This document shows positions 9,489 through 18,178 of a stretch of DNA of 64,000 nucleotides, piece by piece; position 1 is the stretch's first letter, and every line of letters starts with the position of its first letter. The position numbers and the translations under genes were made by a program. The stretch is from assembly GCA_963703345.1 (NCBI GenBank), contig OY969814.1, positions 160,001 through 224,000 of the forward strand, written 5' to 3'. Origin of the DNA: an uncultured Chloroflexia bacterium (GTDB lineage Bacteria; Chloroflexota; Dehalococcoidia; DSTF01; JALHUB01). Below the pieces are notes generated by a model. The model made no database searches and was not told where the DNA came from. It saw nothing but the letters and a program-made list of their open reading frames with translations.

Positions 9489-10342
9489 TTGACACTCCCC
9501 ACGGCCGCGAGCCCTCTGACGCTGTCGAAGAGCTCGCGGAACCCCTGCTGCCAGGACGGCATCGCAGCGGCCAGGGTCTCGCCGCGGCAGTAGGCCTCGG
9601 CGATCCGCCTGTCGAAGGGGATGCGCATCAGCACCGGTATCCCCTCCTGGGCGCAGTAGCGTTCCACGCCGTCGTTTCCCTCTCCATCGCGGTTGATGAC
9701 CACGCCGCAGGGCACGTTGATCTCCCTCGCCACCTCAACGGCGATCGTCAGATCGCTGAGCCCGAAGGGGGTCGGCTCCGTGACGAGGAGGCAGAAGTCG
9801 CTCCCCCGGATCGTCTCGACCACCGGGCACGACGTGCCGGGCGGCGCATCGAGGATGACGGTGGCCGCCGGGTCGGCGAGGCCTTTGACCGCGCGGATGA
9901 CCGGCCCCGCCATCGCTTCGCCGACGTTGAGCCGCCCACCGACGAAACGGATTCCGCCGACATGCCCGCTCTCGACGGCGCCTACCTCTCGCCCCTCTTC
10001 GCTGATCGCGCCCGCCGGGCAGACGTAGGAGCAGGCGCCGCAGCCGTGACACAGCTCACGGAAGACGAGGACGCTGCGGCCCGCCACGGCGATGGCGTTG
10101 TAGGCGCACGCTTCCGAGCAAAGCCCGCAGTAGGTGCACCTCTCCTTGTCGACCACGGGCACCGGAACGGTCACCGGCTGAGAGGAATCGATCTCCGGAC
10201 GCAGGAGGATGTGCGCGTTGGGCTCCTCGACGTCGCAGTCCAACAACTGCACCGGCATCTGTCCCTCCAGGGACAGAGCCAGGCTGGTGGCAACGAGCGT
10301 CTTCCCTGTGCCTCCCTTGCCGCTGGCGACGGAAAGAATCAT
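9485..10342 (-). CDS. MinD-like P-loop ATPase with inserted 4Fe-4S ferredoxin (paralog)
   Basis: SGKGGTGKT; DCDVEEPN; two ferredoxin motifs; DAPPGTSCP; VTEPTPFG. Confidence 0.92.
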   Translation of the reverse strand: MILSVASGKGGTGKTLVATSLALSLEGQMPVQLLDCDVEEPNAHILLRPEIDSSQPVTVPVPVVDKERCTYCGLCSEACAYNAIAVAGRSVLVFRELCHGCGACSYVCPAGAISEEGREVGAVESGHVGGIRFVGGRLNVGEAMAGPVIRAVKGLADPAATVILDAPPGTSCPVVETIRGSDFCLLVTEPTPFGLSDLTIAVEVAREINVPCGVVINRDGEGNDGVERYCAQEGIPVLMRIPFDRRIAEAYCRGETLAAAMPSWQQGFRELFDSVRGLAAVGSVN

Positions 10343-10386
10343 CTGCCTTTTCCCGTTCGGATTACTTGAATAAACTGGCCTTCGGC

Positions 10387-10839
10387 CTATCGCCGGCGGC
10401 CTCCACCGCGGCCGCCTCCCATGCCGCCGCTAGGACCGCCGCCCATCCGACCGCTGCGGCCTCCGCCCATGCCACCTCTCATGCCCGCGCCGGGACCGGT
10501 CGAGGCTCGGGCGACAGGGGAGAACTCTCCTCTCTTGAATGCCTCGACCACATCACGCAACTTACCGGACGTGCCCGCATACACGGGAATGCCGGCGGTC
10601 GATAGCACCTGGTAGGCGTTAGGGCCGCAGTCGCCGGTGACGACCGCCTCCACGCCCTTCTCGACGATGAGCTGGGCGGCCTGGATGCCGGCGCCGCCGG
10701 GAGCGGTCATCGCCGGGTTCTCGATTGCCTCGAACTCCATGCTCTCGCTGTCGACAACCAGCAGGTATTGGCACCTTCCGAAGCGGGCGTCGAGGTCGGC
10801 GTCAAGGTGCGGCGCCGTCGCTGAGACTGCTATCTTCAT
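10387..10839 (-). CDS. NifB/NifX-family protein with Gly/Met/Arg-rich tail
   Basis: MKIAVSA...DARFGRC; GGAGIQAAQ; GDCGPNA. Confidence 0.9.
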   Translation of the reverse strand: MKIAVSATAPHLDADLDARFGRCQYLLVVDSESMEFEAIENPAMTAPGGAGIQAAQLIVEKGVEAVVTGDCGPNAYQVLSTAGIPVYAGTSGKLRDVVEAFKRGEFSPVARASTGPGAGMRGGMGGGRSGRMGGGPSGGMGGGRGGGRRR

Positions 10840-10908
10840 CCTGCCTCCTAATCTGGTGCAGGCGAGGCGGGGAAGGGAGTCTACCCTGCCTGCCCGCTCA
10901 CGTAGGGG

Positions 10909-11262
10909 TTACTCCTCTTCAGCGGTGCTCTCCATCTCTTCGATGCGCTTCTTAGTTTCCCGAAGCGCCTCCTCGAAGTAGCTGGCTTGGTTCTTCAGGG
11001 CCGTCACCTCGTCCTCCGGGCTGTAGCTCGGGGGATAGGCCGGGCCGAAGGCTGGAGCGTACGAGCCGTAGGGCGTTCCCCACAGCTGCGGTCCTCTGCC
11101 AAAGCCGCGACCGCGTCCTCTGCCGAAGCCTCGTCCCCAACCTTGGCCCCGTCCGCCGCGGCCAAGGCCACGTCCGGGCAGGGGGTAGCCGGCGCAGTGA
11201 CCCGCGCCTCGGCCGGTCATCGGCCCGAGGCCTTGGGGTCCTGTTCTGTCTCCGAATGGCAT
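10909..11262 (-). CDS. DUF5320-family protein
   Basis: MPFGDRTGPQGLGPMTGRGAGHC; GRG repeats; C-terminal coiled coil. Confidence 0.85.
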   Translation of the reverse strand: MPFGDRTGPQGLGPMTGRGAGHCAGYPLPGRGLGRGGRGQGWGRGFGRGRGRGFGRGPQLWGTPYGSYAPAFGPAYPPSYSPEDEVTALKNQASYFEEALRETKKRIEEMESTAEEE

Positions 11263-11357
11263 GTGATTTCACCTCCTCTCGTTAGTCGTGTTCTCTGAAC
11301 ATCATGTCCTGTGCCCAATCATGCCGACGGGTCCGTTCCATCAGCATCGTAATGTCT

Positions 11358-11546
11358 TTAGCAACGCTCGCCGCGCATCGTCGTGCCACACTTCGGGCAG
11401 GCGATGGCGGTGCAGGGTGTTCCCCGCCGATGCGGCTGCGTGTGCCCGCAGCTCGGGCAGCGGCAGACCATCGACCCGCCCAGGCCGCGACCCGTCCCCG
11501 AACCGCCTGCCGGGCGTCCCTCTTGACCTTTGCCTCTTCCGAACAT
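11358..11546 (-). CDS. Small Gly-rich Cys-cluster (Zn-finger-like) protein
   Basis: CRCPSCG...HRRGTPC...CPKCGTTM; SD AGGAGG. Confidence 0.75.
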   Translation of the reverse strand: MFGRGKGQEGRPAGGSGTGRGLGGSMVCRCPSCGHTQPHRRGTPCTAIACPKCGTTMRGERC

Positions 11547-11564
11547 GACATGCCTCCTTTTCCG

Positions 11565-12062
11565 TTACCGACCGCGTCCACCCCGCCACCGTCGCCGGAT
11601 CCCGCGGGAGTCCATCAGCGGAGCCGCGGGAAGCGTTTTGCCCCGGGGGTTGCGCCGGGTAGATTCGAGGCCACCTCGGTCCCACGTGGACGGACGTCTT
11701 CTGTCGAGCCACCAGCCTGCGAGACCGCCGACAAACCGGGCCGCCAGCGGGAGAACGCCCACCCACAGTGGGGATGGCGTTGTCGCTGGAAACGTGAGTG
11801 CGGGGGTTCTCGCTGGCTTCGCAGGCCGGGCGACGGCTGTCGTATCGGCACGCATGATCGGCGCCGCGTTGGCAGCAACCGCGACCACCGGCGCCGGCTC
11901 AACCTCGTAGATGGCGCCGACCGGGCAGAGGCGCAGACAGGCGCCGCATTCAGCGCACAGGTCGCGGTCGATTACTAGCTTGCCCTCTGCCAGCGAAAGC
12001 GCTTGCCAGGGACAGGCTTCGACGCAGTCGCCGCACAGTGTGCATTTCTTCTCGTTCAACAA
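11565..12062 (-). CDS. 2x[4Fe-4S] ferredoxin-domain protein
   Basis: CTLCGDCVEACP and CAECGACLRLCP; TM-like segment; RG-rich tail. Confidence 0.8.
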   Translation of the reverse strand: MLNEKKCTLCGDCVEACPWQALSLAEGKLVIDRDLCAECGACLRLCPVGAIYEVEPAPVVAVAANAAPIMRADTTAVARPAKPARTPALTFPATTPSPLWVGVLPLAARFVGGLAGWWLDRRRPSTWDRGGLESTRRNPRGKTLPAAPLMDSRGIRRRWRGGRGR

Positions 12063-12065
12063 AGA

Positions 12066-12554
12066 TCATCCTCTTCCTCCTCTCCAACGGCGCCCCCGCT
12101 GGCCCTGCCCTCCGCCCCATCCACGACCGCCCGCGCCGCCGGGGAACACGGGAAGGACCTCCGGGGTGCGGCAGTCGGGACAGACGATGGGCTGGCGCGA
12201 TGCCAGGGCGTCGAACGGGACCTGCCACTCGTGGCCGAGAGGGGCACAGCGGAAGCGCTGGCTCGGCAGGGCAAAATTGCCCCCTTCAATGCGGAGGGCT
12301 TTGCCTTCGGCAAGCACGGTAGCTATCTTGTGATGCGCCGAGCGTAGTATCCGGTGAAACGTGGGACGGGAGACGCCCATCTTCTCGGCGGCCTCCTGCT
12401 GCTCCAGGCCCAGCAGGTCTTTCAGCCGGATGGCTTCCGCCTCCTCCACGGCCAGGGTTACTTCCTCCAGCAGGCGCAACGGGATGCCGGCCGGCTTGAA
12501 ATAGGTCGCCAGCGGCATCTCTGATACTCTGCGGCACTTGACTGGTCTCGACAT
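12066..12554 (-). CDS. DUF134 (UPF0251) putative DNA-binding protein
   Basis: MSRPVKCRRV; FKPAGIP; EAIRLKD; MGVSRPTFHRIL; IEGG; C-terminal Zn ribbon. Confidence 0.9.
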   Translation of the reverse strand: MSRPVKCRRVSEMPLATYFKPAGIPLRLLEEVTLAVEEAEAIRLKDLLGLEQQEAAEKMGVSRPTFHRILRSAHHKIATVLAEGKALRIEGGNFALPSQRFRCAPLGHEWQVPFDALASRQPIVCPDCRTPEVLPVFPGGAGGRGWGGGQGQRGRRWRGGRG

Positions 12555-12689
12555 GGTTGCTTCACCTAATGAAACTATGTTCATAATAATCCACCCTATG
12601 TCGGCTGTCAAGGGGGTGGGAATGATGACCTGCCTCGGGCCATGGAGTTACCATGAGTGCGAGCACCTTTAGTCGTTGGGAGAAGCGAA

Positions 12690-12977
12690 ATGCGGGGTAA
12701 GGCTCGGCCGGCGGAGATCATACTTGAGCCCGACCTATCTCGCTGCATTGAGACCGTCGCGCGGGAGGAGTTCAGGCGCGGCGTGCAAGCGCTCGCCGCC
12801 GGGAAGGGAAATGAGGCGCTCGCCGAGAGGAGCGAAGTCCTCCGGCTTTTCCTGGAGGGCGCTGACTTCAAGGAACTACGAGGGCGCTCCGAGCCTCACC
12901 TGTTGGAAGGGAAGAGGGTCAGATTCTCCGTATTCGTCGAACGCGGCGCTGTACGCTGGCGGATGGACGTGCTCTAG
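12690..12977 (+). CDS. Hypothetical protein
   Basis: 95-aa globular-looking ORF divergent from DUF134. Confidence 0.6.
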   Translation: MRGKARPAEIILEPDLSRCIETVAREEFRRGVQALAAGKGNEALAERSEVLRLFLEGADFKELRGRSEPHLLEGKRVRFSVFVERGAVRWRMDVL

Positions 12978-13060
12978 CGCAGGCCATCGGCGGATGACAG
13001 GGGTAGCTCCCCCAGAGGTATCCGCACCCCATCCGGTAGCCTGCCCTCGAAGATTTCGTC

Positions 13061-13954
13061 TTAAGGCGACTGCGATACGCGAAGATGCTGCCTCAGGTGG
13101 CGAACGATTTCCGCCGCCAGCGAGTCGGGAGAGCCCTCGATCAAGCCTCCCTGACGCTCGCGCACCCCACCACTGATGGCCATCATCCAACGCTCTTCTG
13201 GAGGCAGGTCGCTGCCCGGGTCAACCAGGCCGCGTGGATCAGGAGGAGGCCTTCGCAACGCAGTCGTTCGCAGCGCAGAGCCCGCTTCTCCGACATCCGC
13301 CGACTCCAGTCTCAGCTCCGCGATTCCCCAACAGGGGATGGGAGCTGAGCGTGCTTGGAGTCTAGAGCGCAAAGTCGGATAGCGCGGGACATTTGCTGCC
13401 GCACCCACCGTAATGAGCGCTGGCAAGGGCGTTCTCTCCAGCACGCGATAGCCACCGCCGGTCCGCCGCTCTGTCAGCAGGCAATCTCCATCAGGCGCGA
13501 CTTCCACCGTCGAGACCTTGTCTACCATCGCCAATCCCAGCAGCTCGGCCAGCTGCGCGCCTACCAGGCCACTGCCGCCATCGAGCGAAAGCTCCCCGCA
13601 GACGACAACGTCGGCCCCCACCTTGTCGACAGCGGCCGCCAGTATCCGCGCCGTCCCCAGACAGTCCGACCCCGCGAAGGCATCGTCCCACAACCGCACC
13701 ACTTCGTCCACGCCCTGGGCGATAGCTTCCCGCAGCGCGCCCTCTTGAAACGACGGGCCCATGCTGGCGGCGACGACGCGGCTGCCGGGTCGAGAATCTC
13801 GCAAGCTGAGGGCGGCCTCGAGGCCGTTGGCATCCGCTGGGTTCAGGACACGCGGGAGGGTCGCCTCGTCGATCTTGAGGGCGCCCCTCTCTGCCTCAAG
13901 AGGCTCTTGCGTATCGACAACGCTTGTGACGCAAGCAAGGACCGTCAGGGCCAT
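13061..13954 (-). CDS. etfB: Electron transfer flavoprotein beta subunit
   Basis: LNPADANGLEAAL; SMGP; DGGSGLVG; PRYPTL. Confidence 0.9.
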   Translation of the reverse strand: MALTVLACVTSVVDTQEPLEAERGALKIDEATLPRVLNPADANGLEAALSLRDSRPGSRVVAASMGPSFQEGALREAIAQGVDEVVRLWDDAFAGSDCLGTARILAAAVDKVGADVVVCGELSLDGGSGLVGAQLAELLGLAMVDKVSTVEVAPDGDCLLTERRTGGGYRVLERTPLPALITVGAAANVPRYPTLRSRLQARSAPIPCWGIAELRLESADVGEAGSALRTTALRRPPPDPRGLVDPGSDLPPEERWMMAISGGVRERQGGLIEGSPDSLAAEIVRHLRQHLRVSQSP

Positions 13955-14991
13955 GCGTCACCTTCCTGTACGCTTTCCAATGCTCGCCGCACCTGCCCTT
14001 CCCTATTGCCCGCGCCTTCGAGCTTCTCCAACACTCGCGGGATGACCTCGTGGATATCACCGAGAATAGCGACGTCGGCAATCTTGAAGATGGGGGCGCT
14101 CTTGTCGCTATTGATCGCGATCACCGACTTCGCGTCCTTCATGCCGACGACGTGGTGCGTTGCTCCAGAGATACCGCAGGCGACATAGAGGCGCGGCGCA
14201 ACCGTCTTCCCCGAAAGGCCTACCTGCCTATGCGCCGGGACCCAGCCGGCGTCCACGGCCGCTCGGCTCGCTGCCAGGGCGCCTCCCAACTTTTGCGCCA
14301 GCCTTTCCAGCATGGCGAACCCGTCCGGCCCGCCGACACCTCTACCGCCGGCGACGATGACATCTGCGCTCATAAGGTCCATCTCGCGCGGCGGGTCGCG
14401 GACCTCCGCTTCGACAGTCGACCTGCGTGCGACGATCATCGAGACGGGCAATCGGACCATTTCCGCCTCGCAAGGCGTTGCGGTGTGCTTTCCGTAGCCG
14501 GGCTGGAAGGTAGCGATCTGAGGGACCGACCGACAGACCACTCTGGCCGATAGTCTTCCCGCATAGACCGGCCTGTTCACCAGCAGATAGCCATCGCCGT
14601 CGACATCCAGCTTTGTGCACTCGGACGCCAGACCCGAACCCAGTCTTGCAGCGAGCCTTGCAGCCAGCACCCGCATCGTCCGATCGGACGGGAATAGGAT
14701 GATGCGCGGCTCACGCTGCCGGACAGCAGCCTCCAAGATGGGCAGACAGACATCGGGGTGCTGGTGTGAGAGGTTGGGATGATCGCATAGGTAGGCCAGC
14801 TGTGCGCCGTGCCGGCCAAGGGCGGGCACCGAACGCTCGGCCTTGTCGTGAAGAACGACCGCCGCGAGTGTGGCGCCCAAACGGTCGCCGAGCCCCCGTC
14901 CCTCCGCCAGGAGCTCCAACGACGCGTCCTCCACCTCTCCGTCCCTGAGGCCGATGACTACCCAGACCTCAAGCTTCTTGTCTACGTTCAT
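13945..14991 (-). CDS. etfA: Electron transfer flavoprotein alpha subunit
   Basis: VAGGRGVG; ASRAAVDAGW; QVGLSGKTV; GISGATHHVVGM; AINSDKSAPIF. Confidence 0.93.
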   Translation of the reverse strand: MNVDKKLEVWVVIGLRDGEVEDASLELLAEGRGLGDRLGATLAAVVLHDKAERSVPALGRHGAQLAYLCDHPNLSHQHPDVCLPILEAAVRQREPRIILFPSDRTMRVLAARLAARLGSGLASECTKLDVDGDGYLLVNRPVYAGRLSARVVCRSVPQIATFQPGYGKHTATPCEAEMVRLPVSMIVARRSTVEAEVRDPPREMDLMSADVIVAGGRGVGGPDGFAMLERLAQKLGGALAASRAAVDAGWVPAHRQVGLSGKTVAPRLYVACGISGATHHVVGMKDAKSVIAINSDKSAPIFKIADVAILGDIHEVIPRVLEKLEGAGNREGQVRRALESVQEGDAWP

Positions 14992-15133
14992 GGCGCGATT
15001 ATACGCCCACCAACCCGCTCAAGTGTGTCTGATTGGGACATCCCGAATGGGAACGCAATTGACCTGCGTCGGCACTACCCATAGAATGCGAGTCGCCGGT
15101 TCCGCTGATTGCCCTATCCTGAGGAGGCACAGA

Positions 15134-17080
15134 ATGACGACCCCAACTCCCGAGCTGAAGCATCTGTTCACGCCCCTGAAGATAGGCGCATTCACCGTGA
15201 AAAACCGCATCGTGAGCACGGGCCACCTGAGCAACTTCGCCGTTCAGGGACTTCCCTCCGAGCGCCACTTCAACTACTGGGTCAACAAAGCGCGAGGCGG
15301 CGTCGGCCTGATCGTGACGGAGGACCAGGCGGTGCACCGGAGCGGCGGCTCGGAGCCGTTCGTCATCCAGGCCTATCGCGACGAATGCGTCGAGCCGTTC
15401 CGGCGGATCACTTCCGCGGTCCACGAACACGGGACAAAGATGGTCGCGCAGCTCTTCCATCCGGCGAGCAACTGGTTCCCAACACGCGAGGAGGGTCTGC
15501 CTCTCTGGTCTGCGGGACCGGTGTCGGCCAACTTCAGCTTCGAATCGACTCACGAGATCGACCGGGAAGAGATCCAGGAGGTTATCGACAGTTATGCCTC
15601 TGGCGCGGTCCGCATGAAGGAAGCGGGGCTGGACGGCGTCGAGCTGATGGGCGCGCACGGCTTCCTGATGGAGCAATTCCTCTCGCCGCGGACGAATCGC
15701 CGCACGGACCAGTACGGCGGCACCGAAGAGAACCGGACGCGGTTCGTGAAGGAGCTGATGGCGGCGGTCCGGCAGGCGGTGGGAAAGGATTTCACCGTCG
15801 GAATGCGGATTAGCGGCGACCAGTTCCAGCGTGGCGGCCTCGCCCTCGACGACATGAAACGCATCTGCGGCTCTCTCGCGGATACGGGCGACGTCGACTA
15901 CCTGAGCGTTTCGATCGGCATGGGCGGCGCGATCATCCCGCCGATGTACGTGGCCTCGGCTGCCTTCGTCTACCTGGCGGCGGGAATCAAGGAAGAGGTT
16001 GACATTCCGGTCTTCTGCGCCGGGCGCATCGTCGACCCTATCAAGGCGGAAGACATCCTCGCGAAGAACCAGGCGGACATGGTGGCGATGACCCGCGCCT
16101 GCCTCTGCGATCCTGAATTGCCGATGAAAGCGCAGGAGGGCCGGCTGGACGAGATTCGTTACTGTATCGGATGCAACGAGGGCTGCTGGGGAAGATCGGC
16201 GCAGAAGCTCCCCATAACCTGCGCCCTGAACCCCTCAGCGGGCCGCGAAGAGGAGATGAAGATAACGCCTGCGCCCACAAAGAAGAAGGTGATGGTGATA
16301 GGCGGAGGGCTCGCCGGCATGGAAGCGGCGCGGGTTGCAGCTCTGCGAGGTCACTCGGTCGCTCTCTATGAAAAGGGCGCAGAGCTCGGTGGCCAGCTCC
16401 AAATAGCGGCACGCGCTCCCGGTCGGCAGGACATGGCGGAGCCTGTCCGCTACTACCGGCGGCAATTCGAGCTGTTGGGCGTCGATCTGCATCTGGGGAC
16501 GGAAGTGACGCCGGAGCTGGTCGAACAGGAGGCCGCCGACGCCGTGATCGTCGCGACTGGCGGTGTCGCTGCCAAGGGATCTTTCCCCGGTTCAGACAAC
16601 TCGAACGTGGTGCTGGCGAGGGATGTCTTGTCGGGAAAGGCGGAGGTCGGCAAGAAGGTGGTGGTGCACTCCATGGACCGCTCGACCGAGGGCTTCACAA
16701 CCGCTGACTTCCTGCTGGAAAGCGGGCATGAAGTCGAGCTCCTCATCCCACATCCAATCGCGCCGTTGGCGACCGAGCCGATAACGTTCGGCTTCATCAT
16801 GACCCGAATCGCGCGGGCGGGCGGCAAGATCACGATGGGGCTGGACATCGCATCGTTCGACGGGAGTGGGCTGGTGTTGGGCGGCGTCTTCGGCGGGAAC
16901 GTCCAGGCGCGCGAAGGCGTCGACACGATCGTGGTGTCACGCGGCAGTAAGGCCAACGATGGGCTCTACAAGGCGCTCAAGGGACGGGTCAAGGAGCTCC
17001 ACGTGATCGGGCAGGCATTGGCGCCGCGCAAGATGCTAGAATCGACGCTCGACGGCTTGCGGATTGGCAGGACAATCTAG
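15134..17080 (+). CDS. NADH:flavin oxidoreductase (OYE TIM barrel, Fe-S and FAD/NAD domain)
   Basis: LFTPLKIG...KNRIV; FLSPRTNRRTDQYGG; CIGCNEGC..C; GGGLAGMEAA; SD GAGGAGG before ATG 15134. Confidence 0.92.
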   Translation: MTTPTPELKHLFTPLKIGAFTVKNRIVSTGHLSNFAVQGLPSERHFNYWVNKARGGVGLIVTEDQAVHRSGGSEPFVIQAYRDECVEPFRRITSAVHEHGTKMVAQLFHPASNWFPTREEGLPLWSAGPVSANFSFESTHEIDREEIQEVIDSYASGAVRMKEAGLDGVELMGAHGFLMEQFLSPRTNRRTDQYGGTEENRTRFVKELMAAVRQAVGKDFTVGMRISGDQFQRGGLALDDMKRICGSLADTGDVDYLSVSIGMGGAIIPPMYVASAAFVYLAAGIKEEVDIPVFCAGRIVDPIKAEDILAKNQADMVAMTRACLCDPELPMKAQEGRLDEIRYCIGCNEGCWGRSAQKLPITCALNPSAGREEEMKITPAPTKKKVMVIGGGLAGMEAARVAALRGHSVALYEKGAELGGQLQIAARAPGRQDMAEPVRYYRRQFELLGVDLHLGTEVTPELVEQEAADAVIVATGGVAAKGSFPGSDNSNVVLARDVLSGKAEVGKKVVVHSMDRSTEGFTTADFLLESGHEVELLIPHPIAPLATEPITFGFIMTRIARAGGKITMGLDIASFDGSGLVLGGVFGGNVQAREGVDTIVVSRGSKANDGLYKALKGRVKELHVIGQALAPRKMLESTLDGLRIGRTI

Positions 17081-17116
17081 CCCCTTCCTGCCAACTCGAT
17101 TGTCAGGGACGCTCAA

Positions 17117-17827
17117 TCAGCCTCTGCCGAAGCGCCAGAACGAGCCGGTCTTCCCCAGCTTGATCAGAATGCCCACCCATTCGCGCGCTAGTTCCGGTAT
17201 GCGCAGCAGATAGTCGGGCGCGAGACGCTCTCGGAACATGCCGCCGGAGAACAGCGTCGCGTAGTCTCTCAGCGGCATCGTGCCATCGGCGCTGTTCTCG
17301 TCGTACTGTACCCAGTTGCGAACGTGCTCTTCCGACCGGAAGAGATTCATGGTGCTTCAGGAATGGACTATATTCTCTGCCCAGCGACCAAATGGCACGT
17401 TGACGTGGCCAACAATGGACGGCGGCGACGCCTCGAGGATCTCGCCGTCTCGCATACGGACGCGTATCGGTTCGTTGCAGTCGAGGCAGGGGCAGTCGAT
17501 TTGGACTTCCTTGCCGGGGTAAAGCCAGCTGACCGCCAGCGACTCAAACCCTCACTGCCCGTACCATTTCTGTTCCCCATTGACTGATATCAAGTATTGG
17601 GTAGGGCGGTTGGAGAAGGGCGCTAACGAGCCTATCAGGTCGGTGTTCGGCTCCAGCCAGAACCCCGGGACGCCCGCCTTCTCCAGGTCATGCAGTGCGA
17701 CGCGAGCATCTTCCGGCGATAAGCTCAACTCCTTGGCCAGCTCCGTGTAGTGCGGCGCGCGACCGTCATTGACGTTATGGCTTATCGACGCGTGGTAGAT
17801 CCTTGCCAGTAATTCTCGATCTGCCAT
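17117..17827 (-). CDS. MerB (organomercurial lyase)-like selenoprotein, 236 aa, two in-frame UGA (Sec) codons
   Basis: One frame: MADRELL...APFSNRPT...WYGQ-U-GFESLAVSW...CPCLDCNEPIRV...VHS-U-STMNLFRSEEH...; UGA at 17554-17552 and 17359-17357; hairpins 11-12 nt downstream of each; SD AGGAGG; selC in the same window. Confidence 0.85.
17327..17344 (-). promoter_or_regulatory. Candidate bacterial SECIS element for Sec #2
   Basis: CTCTTCC-GGTC-GGAAGAG, a 7-bp stem with G-first loop, 12 nt after UGA. Confidence 0.6.
17523..17544 (-). promoter_or_regulatory. Candidate bacterial SECIS element for Sec #1
   Basis: AGTC-GCTGG-CGG-TCAGC-T-GGCT stem-loop; upper stem starts 11 nt after UGA. Confidence 0.5.
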
Positions 17828-18178
17828 GTGCACGCCTCCTTTGCGATCGAGCCGAGACAATTCCCGCGGCCAGACCATATCACAGCCGGTTGCCGTTGCC
17901 AAGGGGGTGCTGTAGATGAGCGCTCGGATTTCGCGTCCGCGTAGATGTACACCACCGCAGCGCAGCGCCTCCAGGACTAGCAGAGGCTTTCGCAAGTCCC
18001 TGGCCCGGTCCGCGAGCTGCTGCAGCGCGAAGTTCAGCCTGTCCGACGGTAGGCCATCATCCAATAGAGGACGAATTCGCGGGAGCCATCAACGGGCTCA
18101 TCGTTCGGAGTGACTATGCGTGTCCCTGGGGCCTGTCCCAAATGGCCTCTATGCGCAGTATCTGCCTGGCCTGTCAGC

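Noticed and set aside
7938-10839. Nitrogen fixation genes
   Set aside because: NifB/X-like domains only; no nifHDK; the ATPases are COG1149-type, not NifH
14870-15133. N-terminal extension of the OYE ORF (736 aa)
   Set aside because: Overlaps etfA and its promoter; the strong SD and family N-terminus point to ATG 15134
17117-17119. Third Sec at the terminal UGA of the MerB-like gene
   Set aside because: Read-through would run antisense into the OYE gene and no convincing hairpin follows; treated as the true stop
17828-18064. Longer N-terminus for the MerB-like gene
   Set aside because: SD AGGAGG precedes ATG 17827; the upstream part looks non-homologous or like an unrelated fragment
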